Assembly (NCBI RefSeq): GCF_011386835.1
Contig: NC_088807.1
Span: 25,172,001 to 25,236,000 of the forward strand
From: Chrysemys picta bellii
Taxonomy: Eukaryota
Length of the DNA: 64,000 nt
Direction: 5' to 3'
In this document: positions 27,415 to 40,674 of the stretch, piece by piece
How positions within the stretch are numbered: position 1 is the first letter of the stretch
Layout: every line of letters starts with the position of its first letter
Program-made: the position numbers and the translations under genes
Notes under the pieces: model-generated
What the model was told of the DNA's origin: nothing
Databases searched by the model: none
Seen by the model: only the letters and a program-made list of their open reading frames with translations

Positions 27415-29125
27415 GCACTGGGAGGGGAGTGGGGTCTAGTGGTGAGAGCAGGGGGGGCTGGGAGCCAGGATTTCTGGGTTCTTTCCCCAGCTCTGGGAGG
27501 GGAGTGGGGGCTGGTGGTGAGGGGGGGGGGCTGGGAGCCAGGACTCCTGAGTTCTCTCCCGGCTCTGGGAGGGGAGTGGGGGCTGGTGGTTAGAGCAGGG
27601 GGGGCTGGGAGCCAGGACTCCTGGGTTCTCTCCCTGGCTCTGGGAGGGGAGTGGGGGCTAGTGATTAGAGCAGGGGGGCCTGGGAGCCAGGACTCCTGGG
27701 TTCTCTCCCCGGCTCTGGGAGGGGAGTGGGGGCTGGTGGTTAGAGCCGGGGTGCTGGGAGCCAGGACTCCTGGGTTCTCTCCCCGGCTCTGGGAGGGGAC
27801 TGGGGGCTAGTGGTGAGAGCAGGGTGTGGCAGAGTCAGCGGGTTGGCTAATGTCTTCAGTAACGGAGCGGCAGGGAACGCACGGGAACAGCGGCCGCCCG
27901 CAGGTTGTGCGCCCGTCTTAGCTGGGTGGGGTGGGAAGGCGCCTGGCTCCCCCTCAGGGCAGGAGCTGGCGCTGCGCCCGTTCCTGCATTTCCCACATGC
28001 TGGGGCTTAACTTTGATGCCTGATCCCTCAGGACAGGACGGACACGCCCGGTCTCCTGGGTTCTATTCTTGGCTCTGGGAGGGGAGTGGGGTCCGATGGT
28101 TAGAGCACGGGGGGCTGGGAGCCAGGACTCCTGGGTTCTCTCCCAGGCTCTGGAAGGAGAGTGGGGGCTAGTGGTTAGAGCAGGGGGGCTGGGAGCCAGG
28201 ACTCCTGGGTTCTCTCCCTGGCTCTGGGAGGGGAGTGGGGTCTAGTGGTTAGAGCAGGGGGGCTGGGAGCCTGGACTTCTGGGTTCTCTCCCTGGCTCTG
28301 GGAGGGGAAGGGAGTCTAGTGGTTAGAGCAGGTGCGTCGGGGGGGGGGCGGGACTGGGAGCCCGGACACCTGGGTTCTACTTCCTTGCTCAGATCAGTCC
28401 CAGTCTGAGGCTCCCTGCCTCGCCTTCCTGTTCCTGCCCCGAGGTGGCAGCGGCCCACCCTGCTCAGGCCCCAACCTCTAGCTCCCTCCCCCGCAAAGCG
28501 GGGCCCTGGCATCGGAAACTGAGACTGGGGGAAAGGTCAGGAAGGGCCAGGTGCTGATGTGGCACGAGGCCTTGAGGAGCTGCCCAGGGCACCCCACTAC
28601 CAGAGCCGGGGAGAGAACCCAGGAGTCCGGGCTCCCAGCCCCCCTGCTCTAACCACTAGCCCCCACTCCCCTCCCAGAGCCGGGGAGAGAACCCAGGAGT
28701 CCTGGCTCCCAGCCCCCCCCTCATCTAACCACTAGCCCCCACTCCCCCCCAGGGCCGGGCAGGGCACCTAGCTCCCAGCCCCCCCCCCCGCTCTAACCAC
28801 TAGCCCCCACTCCCCCCCAGGGCCGGGAAGGGCCCCTAGCTCCCAGCCCCCCCCCCCCGCCCCCCGCTCTAACCACTAGCCCCCACTCCCCCCCAGGGCC
28901 GGGCAGGGCCCCTAGCTCCCAGCCCCCCCCCGCTCTAACCACTAGCCCCCACTCCCCCCCAGGGCCGGGTAGGGCCCCTAGCTCCCAGCCCCCCCCCCGC
29001 TCTAACCACTAGCCCCCACTCCCCCCCAGGGCCGGGAAGGGCCCCTAGCTCCCAGCCCCCCCCCCCCGCTCTAACCACTAGCCCCCACTCCCCCCCAGGG
29101 CCGGGAAGGGCCCCTAGCTCCCAGG
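27415..29125. repeat. Family A arrays: G-rich orientation (27415-28330) facing C-rich orientation (28600-29125, including a ~63-bp variant unit)
   Basis: Direct reading of the units. Confidence 0.9.
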
Positions 29126-29779
29126 CAGCCGCATTGGCTGTGGGATGAGAACACAACACGTGCTGCCGCTGGCTGGGGGGGGGGGGGGGACGGGAATGGT
29201 GGGGGTGGGGGAGGGGAGGATATGGGGGGACGTTGGGGGGGGGTGCTGGGATTTTACCACTGACGTGCTGGAGAGAAACTAGCCAACACCAGAGCACCCC
29301 CCAACTTGCTGACCCCCCCCCAGAAAGGTGTGGGAAAGGCCCCCCCTGCAGACCCTCGCAGTGAGATAGGGGCCATGGATGGGTACAATGCTCCCCCCCC
29401 CGTCTGTCTGCCCCCCCCCCATCCGCGGCCCCCCGACCCGGCCTCTGCCGCCGCCCCCTCCCCCCCCACCAGGGCGGCTGATGCAACCGCCTCATGGCCT
29501 TGCACCAGGAGTTGTGTCTCCCCCCGCGCACACCCACACCCGGCATTTCACACTCACCCGTGCGAGGAGGGAAGGGGGGAGCAGGCCGGCCGGAGAGATC
29601 CGGGGTCGGGCTGGGGTGGGTGGGTGTGTGTGTGTGTGTTGGGGGGCGTCTCACGCCGAGCCACACGCTCCCCCAGCCGCACGCCCGCGCCAAGAGACGG
29701 CCCCAGCCAATCACACCCTGCGCGGGCGGGCAGGCGTGAGGCAAGCGCACAATGTGCAGATGGGCACAGGACACGACAG

Positions 29780-31270
29780 CCCCGCAACACAACACAGATC
29801 CACACACACACACAGCCGTTGGCCCTGCACAACCACCACCCCCCGCAACACAACACAGATCACCACACACACACAGCCCGCTGGCCCTGCACAACCACAC
29901 CCCCCGCAACACAACACAGATCAACACACACACACAGCCCGCTGGCCCTAAACAGTGACACCCCCTGCAACACAACACAGATCACCACACACACACAGCC
30001 CGCTGGCCCTGCACAGTGACACCCCCTGCAACACAACACAGATCAACACACACACACAGCCCGCTGGCCCTGCACAGTGACACCCCCTGCAACACAGCAC
30101 AGATCACCACACACACACACAGCCTGCTGGCCCTGCACAACCACACCCCCTGCAACACAGCACAGATCAACACACACACAGCCCGCTGGCCCCGCACAAC
30201 CACACCCCCTGCAACACAGCACAGATCAACACACACACAGCCCGCTGGCCCCGCACAACCACACCCCCTGCAACACAGCACAGATCAACACACACACAGC
30301 CCGCTGGCCCCGCACAACCACACCCCCTGCAACACAACACAGATCAACACACACACAGCCCGCTGGCCCCGCACAACCACACCCCCTGCAACACAGCACA
30401 GATCAACACACACACAGCCCGCTGGCCCCGCACAACCACACCCCCTGCAACACAACACAGATCAACACACATACACAGCCTGCTGGCCCCGCACAACCAC
30501 ACTCCCTGCAACACAACACAGATGAACACACAGACATACACAGCCCACTGGCTCTGCACAACCCCTCCTGCAACACAACACAGAGATTAACACACACTCA
30601 CACACACACACAACCTACTGGCCTTGCACAACAACACCCACTGCCATGCAACACAGAGATCAACACACACACACAAACAGCCTGCTGGCCCTGGACACCA
30701 ACACCCACTGCAGCACGACACCCCCTTCTTTCTGCCAACACACACAGATCAACACTTACACAAAAAAAGTATCGCCAGCACACACACATACATATCCCCA
30801 ACACACACAGATCAACACACAAACATACAGTTCAACACACACACTCTAAAGTGTTCCCAACACACAGCCTCTTGGGTCTACACCACCACATCTCCTCCAG
30901 CACGACACACATACATGTCACCTCCTGTGCCCCCTCCCACACACACAACACCCAGAACTGGCTGTGCCCAGTACAACCGCACACCTGCCAACACACAACA
31001 CGCACCTCCAACCCCAAAACTGATCAACTCACCCCTGCCTACCCCCCAACACACACACACACACACACACACACAGCCAGCTGTCCCCAATGCAATCACA
31101 CACCTGCCAGTCCCACGGCACACACAATCCACACATGCATGCCTCTGCTTCCTCCCAACACAACGTGTACGCATGGACCAAAATCCACACACACACAGAG
31201 CTGGGTTTGTTCCCTCCAGCAGGGGGACACACCCACAAACACACCGCCACTCCCACTAAAGAAACATACA
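29780..31270. repeat. ~60-bp CA-rich minisatellite (about 12 copies) decaying into CA-rich low complexity
   Basis: cacacacacagcccgctggccccgcacaaccacaccccctgcaacacagcacagatcaa from 29780 to 30540, then degenerate. Confidence 0.92.
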
Positions 31271-31284
31271 CACCTAGTGGTTAG

Positions 31285-32625
31285 GGGGGGAGGTGAGGAG
31301 GGCTGGGAGCCAGGACTCCTGGGTTCTCTCCCCGGCTCCAGGAAGGGAATGGGGACTAGTGGTTAGAGCGGGGGGCTGGGAGCCAGGACTCCTGGGTTCT
31401 CTCCCCGGCTCCAGGAAGGGAATGGGGACTAGTGGTTAGAGCGGGGGGCTGGGAGCCAGGACTCCTGGGTTCTCTCCCCGGCTCCAGGAGGGCAATGGGG
31501 GCTAGTGGTTAGAGCGGGGGGCTGGGAGCCAGGACTCCTGGGTTCTCTCCCCGGCTCCCGGAGGGCAATGGGGGCTAGTGGTTAGAGCAGGGGGGCTGGG
31601 AGCCAGGACTCCTGGGTTCTCTCCCCGGCTCTGGGAGGGGAGTGGGGGCTAGTGGTTAGAGCGGGGGGCTGGGAGCCAGGACTCCTGGGTTCTCTCCCCG
31701 GCTCCAGGAGGGCAATGGGGGCTAGTGGTTAGAGCAGGGGGCTGGGAGCCAGGACTCCTGGGTTCTCTCCCCGGCTCCCGGAGGGCAATGGGGGCTAGTG
31801 GTTAGAGCGGGGGGCTGGGAGCCAGGACTCCGAGTGCTTTACCCCACTGGACCCAGCTACTCCAGCCCTGGCCTCTCCTAGCAGGGGGCGCTGTGGGGTC
31901 TGTGGGGCAGGGCACTGTGGGGTCTGTGGGGGGAGCGCCGGGTCCAGCTGGCAGCCGCGGGAGTTTCCACCGCGCACTGTGATGTGTGTACACAATCCGC
32001 TGGGATTCATGTCTCTATAAGGGCCAGTGGCGGGTGCGTCTCGGGGCCGCGTTCTGCCTTCGCCTTCCCCTTCGGGCCCTGACGCTAACGGCTTTGCATC
32101 TGACAGAAGTTTTAATTAGGCCTCATGGCTAATTGGCTGTAATTATTCTGGTGTTCGTTAAAATATCCCGGGGGGAGCACTAACATAATTATAGTTAGCA
32201 GCCGTTGAGGGTGTGTCAGAGTCAGGAACAGCTAATTACCAGGCAGAGAGGAACCCAGGAGTCCTGGCTCCCAGCCCCCCCCCCCCCCGCTCTAACCACT
32301 AGACCCCACTCCCCTCCCAGAGCCGGGGAGAGAACCCAGGAGTCCTGGCTCCCAGACCCCCCTGTTCTAACCACCAGACCCCACTGCCCTCCCAGAGCTG
32401 GGGAGAGAACCCAGGAGTCCTGGTTCCCAGCCCCCCCGCTCTAACCACTAGACCCCACTCCCCTCCCAGAGCCGGGGAGAGAACCCAGGAGTCCTGGCTC
32501 CCAGACCCCCCTGCTCTAACCACCAGACCCCACTGCCCTCCCAGAGCTGGGGAGAGAACCCAGGAGTCCTGGTTCCCAGCCCCCCCGCTCTAACCACTAG
32601 ACCCCACTCCCCTCCCCGAGCCAGG
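31285..32625. repeat. Family A arrays in opposite orientations (31285-31830 G-rich; 32245-32625 C-rich) around a unique ~400-bp segment
   Basis: Direct reading of the units. Confidence 0.9.
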
Positions 32626-33096
32626 GACAGGACCCAGCCTGGGCTGGTCAGAGCCGGGGAAGCAGATGGGAGTCAGGAGGGGGGAGCCCCAGTGGCCTTG
32701 CATTGCTGTCCCCCCATACGCCCCCCCCCCAACTAGCGTCCTGCCCCGCTGCCCACAGCACCCCCTGCTGGGCAAGGTCAGGGACTGCACCAAGAAGGGA
32801 CAGGAGAGGTGGGGGGTAAACTCAGACCCCTTGCAAACCCCAGGGCTCCCACCCCCACCCCATGCTCCTGCGCCCTTGCCAGCCGCGGCCTGGGAAGCTG
32901 GATAAACTAATCGCTGGACCACAACGCGCGCCACACCCATCAGCGACGCCCCCCATGTGCTTCCCCGCCCTTCCCTCCCCTCCCCCATTACAGAGCGTCC
33001 CATTCACCTGCACCCAGCGGGGGTGTTGCCTGAGACACGGCCTTCAGCATTTGTCCCAGTGTAGAGAGGGTGGGGTCAGGTGGAACGGTGTAGAAA

Positions 33097-34440
33097 CACC
33101 TTTACCCTCAGCAGTGCAACAGACATTGTTACTGCTAGTGCAACACACAGTGTTAGCAACGCCGTTACCTTCAACAACACTACAAACGCTGTTCCTGCTA
33201 GTGCTACAGATGGTGTTAGCAACACCGTTACCCACAACTGCACTACAAACACTGTTCCTATTAGTGCTGCAGGCGGTGTTAGCAACACTGTTACCCTCAA
33301 CAGTGCGCAGACACAGTTACTACTCATGCTACAACCATTAGCAACATCAATACCCTCCACAATGCTACAGACCCCATTACTGCTAGCGCTACACAGTGTT
33401 AACAACACCGTTACCCTCCACAATGCTACAGACACCATTCCTGCTCATGCCACACACAGTGTTAGCTACACTGTTACTGCTCACGCTGTTGCCAGAAATA
33501 CTCCAAACCGTTATCACTCACGTTGTTGCTACTGCTACAACAAATAGTATCATTAACATCACCACAAACACGGTGATAGTGAACTTCGTCACTCATACTC
33601 CAAGACTGTTACCCCAATGCTGGGAACACCGTAATCCCCTGATTTATGCTACTGACACTGTCACTAATTGTAAGAACGCGGTAGCCACTGATGTTATAAC
33701 CACTAATCCTACAAGTAACATCACCATAACCCCGTCACTGCTCCCAATAATACAGCCATCCCTGCCACTCCAGTTGTTACCTCTGATTCTCCAGTCACGA
33801 CCCACATTGTAAGCACCATTACTACTTACCGTTATTACTCCAATTGTTACCACTGTTACTCCAAAGAGTTACTAGCCAGAGGGTACCACCAATACACCAG
33901 AGAGTTACTAGTGAAATCAATGCCACTAATACTGCAAGTAATTACTACTAACATTGTCACAAGTAATACTCCAAAAAGTTACTAATGGTCCAAAGGGTCA
34001 CTACTCACACTGATACCACTAATACTGCAAAGAGTTACTAATACTCTAAATGGCTACTATGGACACAGCCAGTATTCCCAAGTTAATACTCAAATGGACA
34101 TCACTAATACTCCAAAGAGTTACTAGTCACATCAATAACATTATTGTGCCAGTTATTAATACTCCAACTAGCTACTACTTGAATCAATACCACTAATACT
34201 CCAACGAGTTACTAGTCAAATCGATATCACTAACACTCCAAAGAATTACTAATGCTCCAAATGGTTACTACTCAAATCAATACCACTAATACACTATGGA
34301 GTTACTACACAAATTGCTAACATCAATACTCCAAAGAGTCACTACTCAAATAGATCCCACTAATACTCCAGCTAGTTACTACTCAAGTTGATATCACTCA
34401 TATGCCAGAGTTACTCAAATCAATTCCATTAATACTACAG
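33097..34440. repeat. A/C/T-rich degenerate repeats: a 63-bp unit (33097-33480) and taatactccaaagagttact-type units (33840-34440)
   Basis: aacaccgttacc...gtgttagc recurs every 63 bp. The downstream units are shorter and break frame. Confidence 0.8.
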
Positions 34441-34739
34441 ACAACCTGAGTACTTACAATCGTTACCACTAATTCCAGGATCAATGTTACTCCTCAAATC
34501 CTCCCCAATAGTAGGCACCGCCGCTGCTATTCGCCTTGTTCCTGAGATTTCTATCCCTGTTAACACCTCCAACTTGCGCTGCTCTGTCCAGTGGCCAATT
34601 TCTCTCCAAAAAGAAAGAGATCGTTCACATTTCCAGAGCAACTTTTCAACACTTAAGAGGAGGAGGAGCCTCCCAGCTACTCAGACAAGGAATAGCCACT
34701 GGAAGACAGTCACCTCTGGCTTTGAAGTCGGAAAATTGC

Positions 34740-35640
34740 AGTCAGGATTCCTGGGTTCCCTCCCCGGCTCTGGGAGGGAAGTGGGGTCTAGTGGTCAGAG
34801 CGGGGGGGGGCTGGGAGCCCGGACTCCTGGGTTCTCTCCCCAGCTCTGAGAGGGGAGTGGGGGCTGGTGGTTAGAGCGGGGGGGGGGCTGGGAGCCAGGA
34901 CTCCTGAGTTCTCTCCCCAGCTCTGGGAGAGGAGTGGGGGCTGGTGGGGGAAGGGGAGGGCTGGGAGCCAGGACTCCAGGGTTCTCTCCCCAGCTCCGGA
35001 AGGGGAGGGGCGGGCTGGGAGCCAGGACTCCTGGGTTCTCTCCCTGGCTCTGGGAGGGGAGAGGGGGTCTGGTGGTTAGAGCAGGGGGGCTGGGAGCCAG
35101 GACTCCTGGGTTCTCTCCCTGGCTCTGGGAGGGGAGAGGGGGTCTGGTGGTTAGAGCAGGGGGGCTGGGAGCCGGGATGCCTGGGTTCTCTCCCCAGCTC
35201 CGGGAGGGGAGTGGGGGCTGGTGGGTTAGAACAGGGGGGGCTGGGAGCCAGGACTCCTGGGTTCTCTCCCCAGCTCCGGGAGGGGAGTGGGGGCTGGTGG
35301 GTTAGAACGGGGGGGCTGGGAGCCAGGACTCCTGGGTTCTCTCCCCAGCTCCGGGAGGGGAGTGGGGGCTGGTGGGTTAGAACGGGGGGGCTGGGAGCCA
35401 GGACTCCTGGGTTCTCTCCCCAGCTCTGGGAGGGGAGTGGGGGCTGATGGTTAGAGTGGGGGGGCTGGGAGCCAGGACTCCTGGGTTCTCTCCCTGGCTC
35501 TGGGAGGGGAGTGGGGGCTGGTGGGTTAGAACAGGGGGGGCTGGGAGCCAGGACTCCTGGGTTCTCTCCCCAGCTCCGGGAGGGGAGTGGGGGCTGGTGG
35601 GGGAGGGCTGGGTGGCAGGACTCCTGGGTTCTCTGCCCGG
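34740..35640. repeat. Family A tandem array (G-rich orientation on +), about 12 units
   Basis: Direct reading of the units. Confidence 0.92.
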
Positions 35641-36254
35641 CCCTGGGAGGGGAACAGCTGGCCAGCTGGCACCGGGAGGGAGGCCACAGGTTCAGGCTGG
35701 GACAAGCCAAGTTCTGGCAGGTCAGGACGCCCCGGGCTGAGTCTCGCACGTGGCGGGCCCCACATCACTCACCCTGGGAGCGGCGCGGAGGGTCCCGGCG
35801 CGGGCGGCGGAGCGGGCGGACTGGGGGAGCCGGGCGGGGCGCAGGCTGGGAAGGGATCAGGTTACCATTGCATCAGATCCCCGGGCCACGCTGCCGGGGC
35901 ACATCCGGCTGTGGGAGGGGACCGGACCCGCTGGGGGCCCGGACTCCTGGGTTCTATTCCCCGGGGAGGGGAGTGGGGGCTGGTGGGCTACAGCAGGGAG
36001 GGGCTGGGAGCAGGACTCCTGGGTTCTCTACCAGCTCTGGGAGGGGAGTGGGGTCCAGTGGTTACAGCAGGAGGGTGTCCTTTTAATCCAGTTCCCCTTT
36101 AGGACCCTGCCTCGGTTTACCCTGAATCACCCTAGTCCGTTGTTGTTAAAAAATCCCACTGTGGCCATTGATTCCCCGGGCTTAAAAACCCCCCACGATC
36201 TCCCGGAAACACGCGGCAACCCTCAGCCCTGGCCGGGTTAGAAACTGACAGAGC

Positions 36255-36740
36255 CGGAGCCGCCCAGGCCAGGAGGGACCCCTGGAGATGTCAGGCCTGG
36301 AGGGACCCTAGGGAGCCCCTGGAGATGCCCAGGCCAGGAGGGGCCCCTGGAGATGTCAGGCCAGGAGGGACCCTAGGGAGCCCCTGGAGACGCCCAGGCC
36401 AGGAGGGGCCCCTGGAGATGTCAGGCCAGGAGGGACCCTAGGGAGCCCCTGGAGACGCCCAGGCCAGGAGGGGCCCCTGGAGATGTCAGGCCAGGAGGGA
36501 CCCTAGGGAGCCCCTGGAGACGCCCAGGCCAGGAGGGGCCCCTGGAGATGTCAGGCCAGGAGGGACCCTAGGGAGCCCCTGGAGACGCCCAGGCCAGGAG
36601 GGGCCCCTGGAGATGTCAGGCCAGGAGGGACCCTAGGGAGCCCCTGGAGACGCCCAGGCCAGGAGGGGCCCCTGGAGATGTCAGGGCAGGAGGGACCCTA
36701 GGGAGCCCCTGGAGACACCCAGGCCAGGAGGGACCCCTGT
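36255..36740. repeat. 65-bp minisatellite (a dimer of two ccaggaggg...cccctggaga subunits), about 7 copies
   Basis: ccaggagggaccctagggagcccctggagacgcccaggccaggaggggcccctggagatgtcagg repeated. Confidence 0.95.
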
Positions 36741-37564
36741 GAGCCCCTGCTCTGGGCTCCCGCGTAGCTCTGGCCGCAGGGCTGCGCTGGGAGAGGAAGT
36801 GACCGGGTCACACAGGGAAATTCAGGGGACAATGTGGTTTAAAGAAAACCTCCATGGCCGGAGCATGGGACCCAAGCAGATAAACTCCCTTATTAAGCTG
36901 CTCTGGGACCCAGGCTACATAGACACCGGATGGGGCCGGGGGTGGATCTGATAAATGGCCCCGGGAAAGGGGTCTTAAGGCAAATAGAAGCACATTCTCC
37001 CCCGTGCCCTGGACAGGTGCCAGGTTGCATCTGGAGGAAGGAGATGTGCCAGTCTGCCTCAAAGCGAGAGAGAACAGGGAGGGGAATCACCCATCATGTC
37101 ACTGCAGTACAGGGAACATGACACACACGGCCACAGTCCTGAGTGCATCCATTGCAAGGTAGTGGTTATATAGACAACCCAGCCCCCCTGCTCAAACCCA
37201 CTAGACCCCCCCTCCCATCCTGGCACCAGGGAGAGAACCCTGGAGTCCTGGCACCCAGCCCCCCTGCTCTAACCATTAGCCCCCCCCCCTCCCCAGTTCA
37301 TAGGGATGGTGCCAGACTGGAGCGAAGGGTTCTGGCTCTAACTGGAGTAACATGATGCTCCAGGCTCCTCTCCCAGGCTCTTGGAGTGGGGGCTAGAGGT
37401 GAGAGCTAGGACTCCTGGGTTCTCCCCCCAGCTCGGGGAGGGGAGCCTGGTAGGTTAGAGCAGTGGAAGGAGGGGGCTGGAAGCCAGGACTCCTGGATAC
37501 TTCCTGGGGCCTCTTTTCCCTGCCCATGAACAAACCCGGACACAACCATCCACTTTTTCCTCCT

Positions 37565-37570
37565 TTTATT
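37565..37570 (-). terminator. Candidate distal polyadenylation signal for TBC1D25
   Basis: TTTATT on +, with a GU-rich element (ggttgtgtccgggtttgttc) downstream on the - strand. First canonical minus-strand AATAAA I found below the TBC1D25 stop. Confidence 0.4.
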
Positions 37571-40383
37571 TCCACTTTCATTCCTGTAGCACATTCACTC
37601 AAAGGCCCGAGCGGGACCCCCTTCGCCAAGCCCGGCTTCGGGGGCGGGGGTTTAGGAACATACTGGGGTCTCCAGCTGTACAGAGGATATATACAGGGGA
37701 TGGAACAGCTGCGCTGACCCACGGGCCATACACCCAGCGTGATCAGGGACGGGTCCCCTTGTCACGACACCCACGCCCCGGCCGCCCTCCGCCACGGCTT
37801 TAGGTAGATTTGGCTCCTTGGCTCTTTTGGTCAGTTAGAGACTTCAGCTGCGTGGGCGGGCAGAAACAGATCGAATCGCTGGCAGCCTGAAGGGGGAGAG
37901 ACCCAGGCGCTGGGCCGTTAATCCAACTCCTGGGTCTTTCCCCCAGAGGAATCCAGAATCGCCACTGTTGGCTGGGGGGGAAGCGCCCAATCCACCTTGA
38001 AAGTGACGCCTTGATCCACCCAAGGCAGTGTTATTAACTGGCTGCCCCCCCAGCCTTCCTCCCAGAATCCACTGCAATTTTTAGAGAGTCCATCGCCAGG
38101 AAAAGTTGCTCGGTCAATGTCTGGTACGAGGGCCGCTTTTCCTTTTCAAAGGGGTCCCGGATCCGGGCCTGAAATAAGCAAAGCCTGTGAGAAGACTCCA
38201 GCTGGTTGATTTCTGCACCAGCCGTGTGAGTTTCACCTTTGTTTCAAAACCTTTGTCCTGTTTAAACAGCCCAGCCGGGTAAATAAACTTAACAGCGCCG
38301 AAGGTTGGCAAAATAAATAGAGCAGCACAAAATAAGGAAAGGCTGAATACCAAAAACAATATTCACAACTCAGCACCATTGGCTTCTGCTTCTCATCTTC
38401 AAAGTCCCTTCTCTCGCGGTGAGCGAGAGATCAAACAGGCCACTGATTTCAGCAGCAGAGCGGGAGTTTGGACAGGGCCCCCATCACAAAGCCAGGAAGC
38501 GGAAAGACTTTGATTACCTCCCAAAGATACATTAGGCCCTACAATAACAACGCTATCCCAGCACAGCGGGGCAATTGGGTAGCAGCCCAGGGCACCCAGA
38601 CCCCCCAATCCCTGGCTCTAACCACTAGCCTCTGCTCCCCTCCCAGAGCTGGGGAACGAATCCAGGAGTCCTGGCTCCCATTCTCCTGCAGTTAACGACA
38701 ACTGAGATTTCCAACTGCTAATTTAGCGCCCACTGCAAAATACCCGGAGATCTGATTTCCCAGCGCCCGGGGCACTAGGATCTGTCTCCGATTTTAAATA
38801 TTGAGATCCCCAGGGATTTTTAAAGAGAGAAAAAAAATCATCGGTTCCTTGGATTGATTTTTAAAATTGGGATTTTTGCCCAGGAGTTTGCCAGCTCAGC
38901 AGGTGACACTGACTAGGCAAAGGAGTGAGATTACCCACGAGCTGTTGCCCCGAAGAGAAATACACCTCCTGGAAATTGGATCAATTCAAAATGCCTTCAG
39001 CTTTAACGATCTCAAGTGTCAGCAACCTAAGCGAGGGGAGTAGAACAGTAGATTGGGCCCGATCCCCGCTCTGGCCGTCTCTGAGCCAACAGTCAGAGCA
39101 CAAACTGTCCTAACTCTATTGACTTTGGTGGTGCAAAGACTTTATAGCAGCTGTGCTTCCTACCAAACACAGGGTGTTTTCAAACCCAACCCAACCTCCA
39201 TTTCTCTCGAAGATGAATTTGGCTCAGTTTCCAAAGGAGACGTACCAGGCTCTTAGGAAAGGTGAATCCAATGTGTGAGAAGGAACAAGACCTGGGGGGA
39301 AAGTTGGCACCTGGAGACCCACAAACCAACAGATCTCAGCCTGGGTTTGGAATATGTCTCAGGATAAAACGATCCCAGGTGCCAGAGAATATAGTCATCA
39401 CCAGTTACAACCCAACGGATTTGGGGGAGACAGGAGTGGGTGTCAGGGTGTCTTTCAGTCCCCCACCGCTCCCAAGAAACCCAGAGCCTTGGCAGTCTCC
39501 CAGCCTGACTGGGCCAGAAACAGCTTCGTAGCTTTCACCCGAGCCCAGTTGATCTAGATTGAAAAGCCGCCCTGGGGATCTAAAAGAACCATAGCGCGGC
39601 TGGAGCCGGATTCGAAAATTCCCACCCGCCAGTCCTTTGTGTCATTTCAATCCAGGGCAACAGACAAGGCACGATTCCGAGCGGAATGGAACGGAGCGCC
39701 AAGCCTGCCCCTGGAGCCTTGTCCGCTGGCGGAGACTCAAAGGCAGCCAACTTCCATGGAGCAAATCGGCGCTTGAAAGACTTTTTTTCTTTTGATGCAT
39801 CAAAGGGAAACTTTAAAGAGCTGCAATTTCTCCAGAGAGCTGAGCACGTCGGGGGTTGATCTCTGGGGGAAATCTAGCTCTTATTTAGACTTGGAGACCT
39901 CTAGAGACGCTGGCTCGGATTTTGGTATTGAGCTAAGCACCTGAATACCTTCCAGGGCCTGGGCCTGAGACGGTAGCAACCTGCCCCTCCTGACTTCTTT
40001 GGCACAAATCGTCCTCCAAGAGCAAGTACCTCGTCTGGGCGTAGCTGAGATTAATCCCCTTTGATTGCAGGTAAATCAGAATCGGGTCATTTCCAATCAA
40101 GTCCAAAGCAGTTTCCTCTTTTCTGGACCTCAGCGTCAGTCCCATGATAATTCTTTGCAGTTTCACAACCCCAATTCCCCTCTGTTTACACAAAACCCCC
40201 CCACCCCAAAACTAGCCTCTTGTGCGGCAAAGAAATGCTGGATCTGAGAGCCCAGCCTAGAGCGATTTGAGCCCTGAGGGACGGGGTGGAACTTCTCCCA
40301 CGGTCTAACTGTATTTCGGTCTGAGGCTGAAACTGATTAGATGCAAACATGCAATGGACTAGACGCAAGAACAGGCCCCAGAT

Positions 40384-40674
40384 CAGCGGCGGCTCCAGGC
40401 ACCAACGCTCCAAGCGCGTGCCTGGGGCGGCAAGCCACGGGGGGCACCCTGCCAGTCCCTGCGAGGGCGGCAGTCAGGCAGCCTTCGGCGGCATGCCTGC
40501 GGGAGGTCTGCCAGTCCCGCGGATTCGGCGGCGGGTATGCTGAAGCCGCGGGACCGGCGGACCTCCTGCAGGCATGCCGCCAAATCTGCGGGACTGGGGA
40601 ACTCCTGCAGGCGCCCCGCCGAAGGCAGCCTGCCTGCCATGCTTGGGGCGGCAAAAAAGCTCAAGTCGCCCCTG
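40384..40674. mobile_element. Non-autonomous hAT-like MITE with an internal palindrome
   Basis: Terminal inverted repeats CAGCGGCGGCT...AGTCGCCCCTG. Degenerate 8-bp TSD ccccagat/ctccggat (6/8). The internal arms (cggcggcatgcctgcgggaggtc / gacctcctgcaggcatgccgcc) are complementary. Confidence 0.75.

Noticed and set aside
30016-31366. 429-aa Thr/His/Gln-rich ORF
   Set aside because: Product of the 60-bp CA-rich minisatellite. Its multiple-of-3 period keeps frames open.
34871-35749. 292-aa ORF and many similar '[17 protein letters not shown]' ORFs
   Set aside because: Translations of Family A repeats, recurring across the window in both orientations.
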